From Octopus bimaculoides (Eukaryota), in NCBI RefSeq assembly GCF_001194135.2, contig NC_068981.1, positions 52,798,771 to 52,862,770 of the forward strand: 64,000 bases of DNA. The letters run 5' to 3'. Below, one piece after another: positions 63,221 to 64,000 of this stretch (positions are counted from its first letter, which is position 1; every line of letters starts with the position of its first letter). The translations under genes were made by a program, and so were the position numbers. Under the pieces are notes generated by a model. The model saw only the letters and a program-made list of their open reading frames with translations. It made no database searches and had not been told where the DNA came from.

Positions 63221-63244
63221 CACCACCACTGCTACTGCTGCTGC
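63092..63244. repeat. Compound trinucleotide repeat (CTA)n(CTG)n(CCA)n
   Basis: Directly visible; source of the poly-Leu and poly-Val ORFs. Confidence 0.95.
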
Positions 63245-64000
63245 ATTATAATTTCTGCCTTAGCAATGGTTTATGTTCACTGATAACATTTGGTTATTTT
63301 TACAAAATAGCTTCCCTTTTTTGCTTCTTTTGTAAATTTAAATATCCTAAGTAATCCTACTTGTTAGAGGAGGGAAGGGATATACTGTTTTTCTGACTTT
63401 AAATTACAACTAGAATTTCTTCCTATCTATCTATTTTGTAGCACTTCCATACTACCTTAATCTCTTCAAACAACACTTATCCTTTAATTTGTTAGCTCAC
63501 TGAAACATTGCTATCCTTTAGAATTAAATACTTGATATTTTTAGGAGATAGCAGTTGTATCATTTCTCTATAATCATCATAAATTTCATTTTAATTTTTT
63601 ATATTTTCTGCCAAATATTGTGTTTTTTTTTTGCTCTTTACAAGAAATATATTTTTAAATTGTTCTCTATCTTTCATAATTTTAGTTATTATGTTGCCTT
63701 TCGCTCTTACTTCACTGATTTAAATTGTGAGTTTTATCTGTGATATTGATGCACTTAGTGAAATGGATAATGCAAATATATAAGAAATATTAATTGCTGT
63801 AGATCAAGGAAATGAGTAGATATCATTATGTAGAAATTCAGCAATACTAAGCAATGTCATCAGCACAATTAATAGCATATACCTAGTAATTTGATGTATG
63901 ATCTGTAGATCAAATGTACAACCTCAAAAGGTAAGCAGATAAATAAAAATGAAGGCTAGTAATAAATGTCATTGATGTTTATAATCTGTAACAATATTTC

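Noticed and set aside
62954-63354. Poly-Val/Ala and poly-Leu/Pro ORFs
   Set aside because: Translations of the triplet microsatellite.

Overview
AT-rich animal genomic scaffold with about ten N-gaps. It is most likely a coleoid cephalopod (Octopus) draft assembly, inferred from the abundant (TA)n/(CA)n microsatellites and the SINE repertoire. The only host protein-coding gene I can support is the 5' half of a large + strand CAPS/CADPS (UNC-31, calcium-dependent activator protein for secretion) gene. It starts at 14486 and has nine exons here with consistent GT-AG splicing and reading phase. Exon 2 is visible only as its first two codons before an N-gap, and the gene runs off the right edge inside the PH domain. 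The rest is introns and intergenic DNA filled with decayed mobile elements: a Tc1 (DD36E/Incomer-like) transposon; CR1-, RTE- and RLE-type LINE fragments; Penelope-like elements; a piggyBac-like MITE; and several SINE families. The most notable items are RNA structures. These are two Penelope-type hammerhead ribozyme motifs (one in sense orientation in CAPS intron 6), two long foldback elements, an inverted SINE pair, and a three-copy hairpin module just before the first PH-domain exon. There is also a candidate frame-preserving 66-nt cassette exon with a perfect hairpin behind it, and a Trp-to-Ser change at a normally conserved PH-domain position. All alignments and identities were judged by eye, and family sequences were compared from memory, not by database search. 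Most ORFs in the supplied track are microsatellite, gap or TE artefacts.
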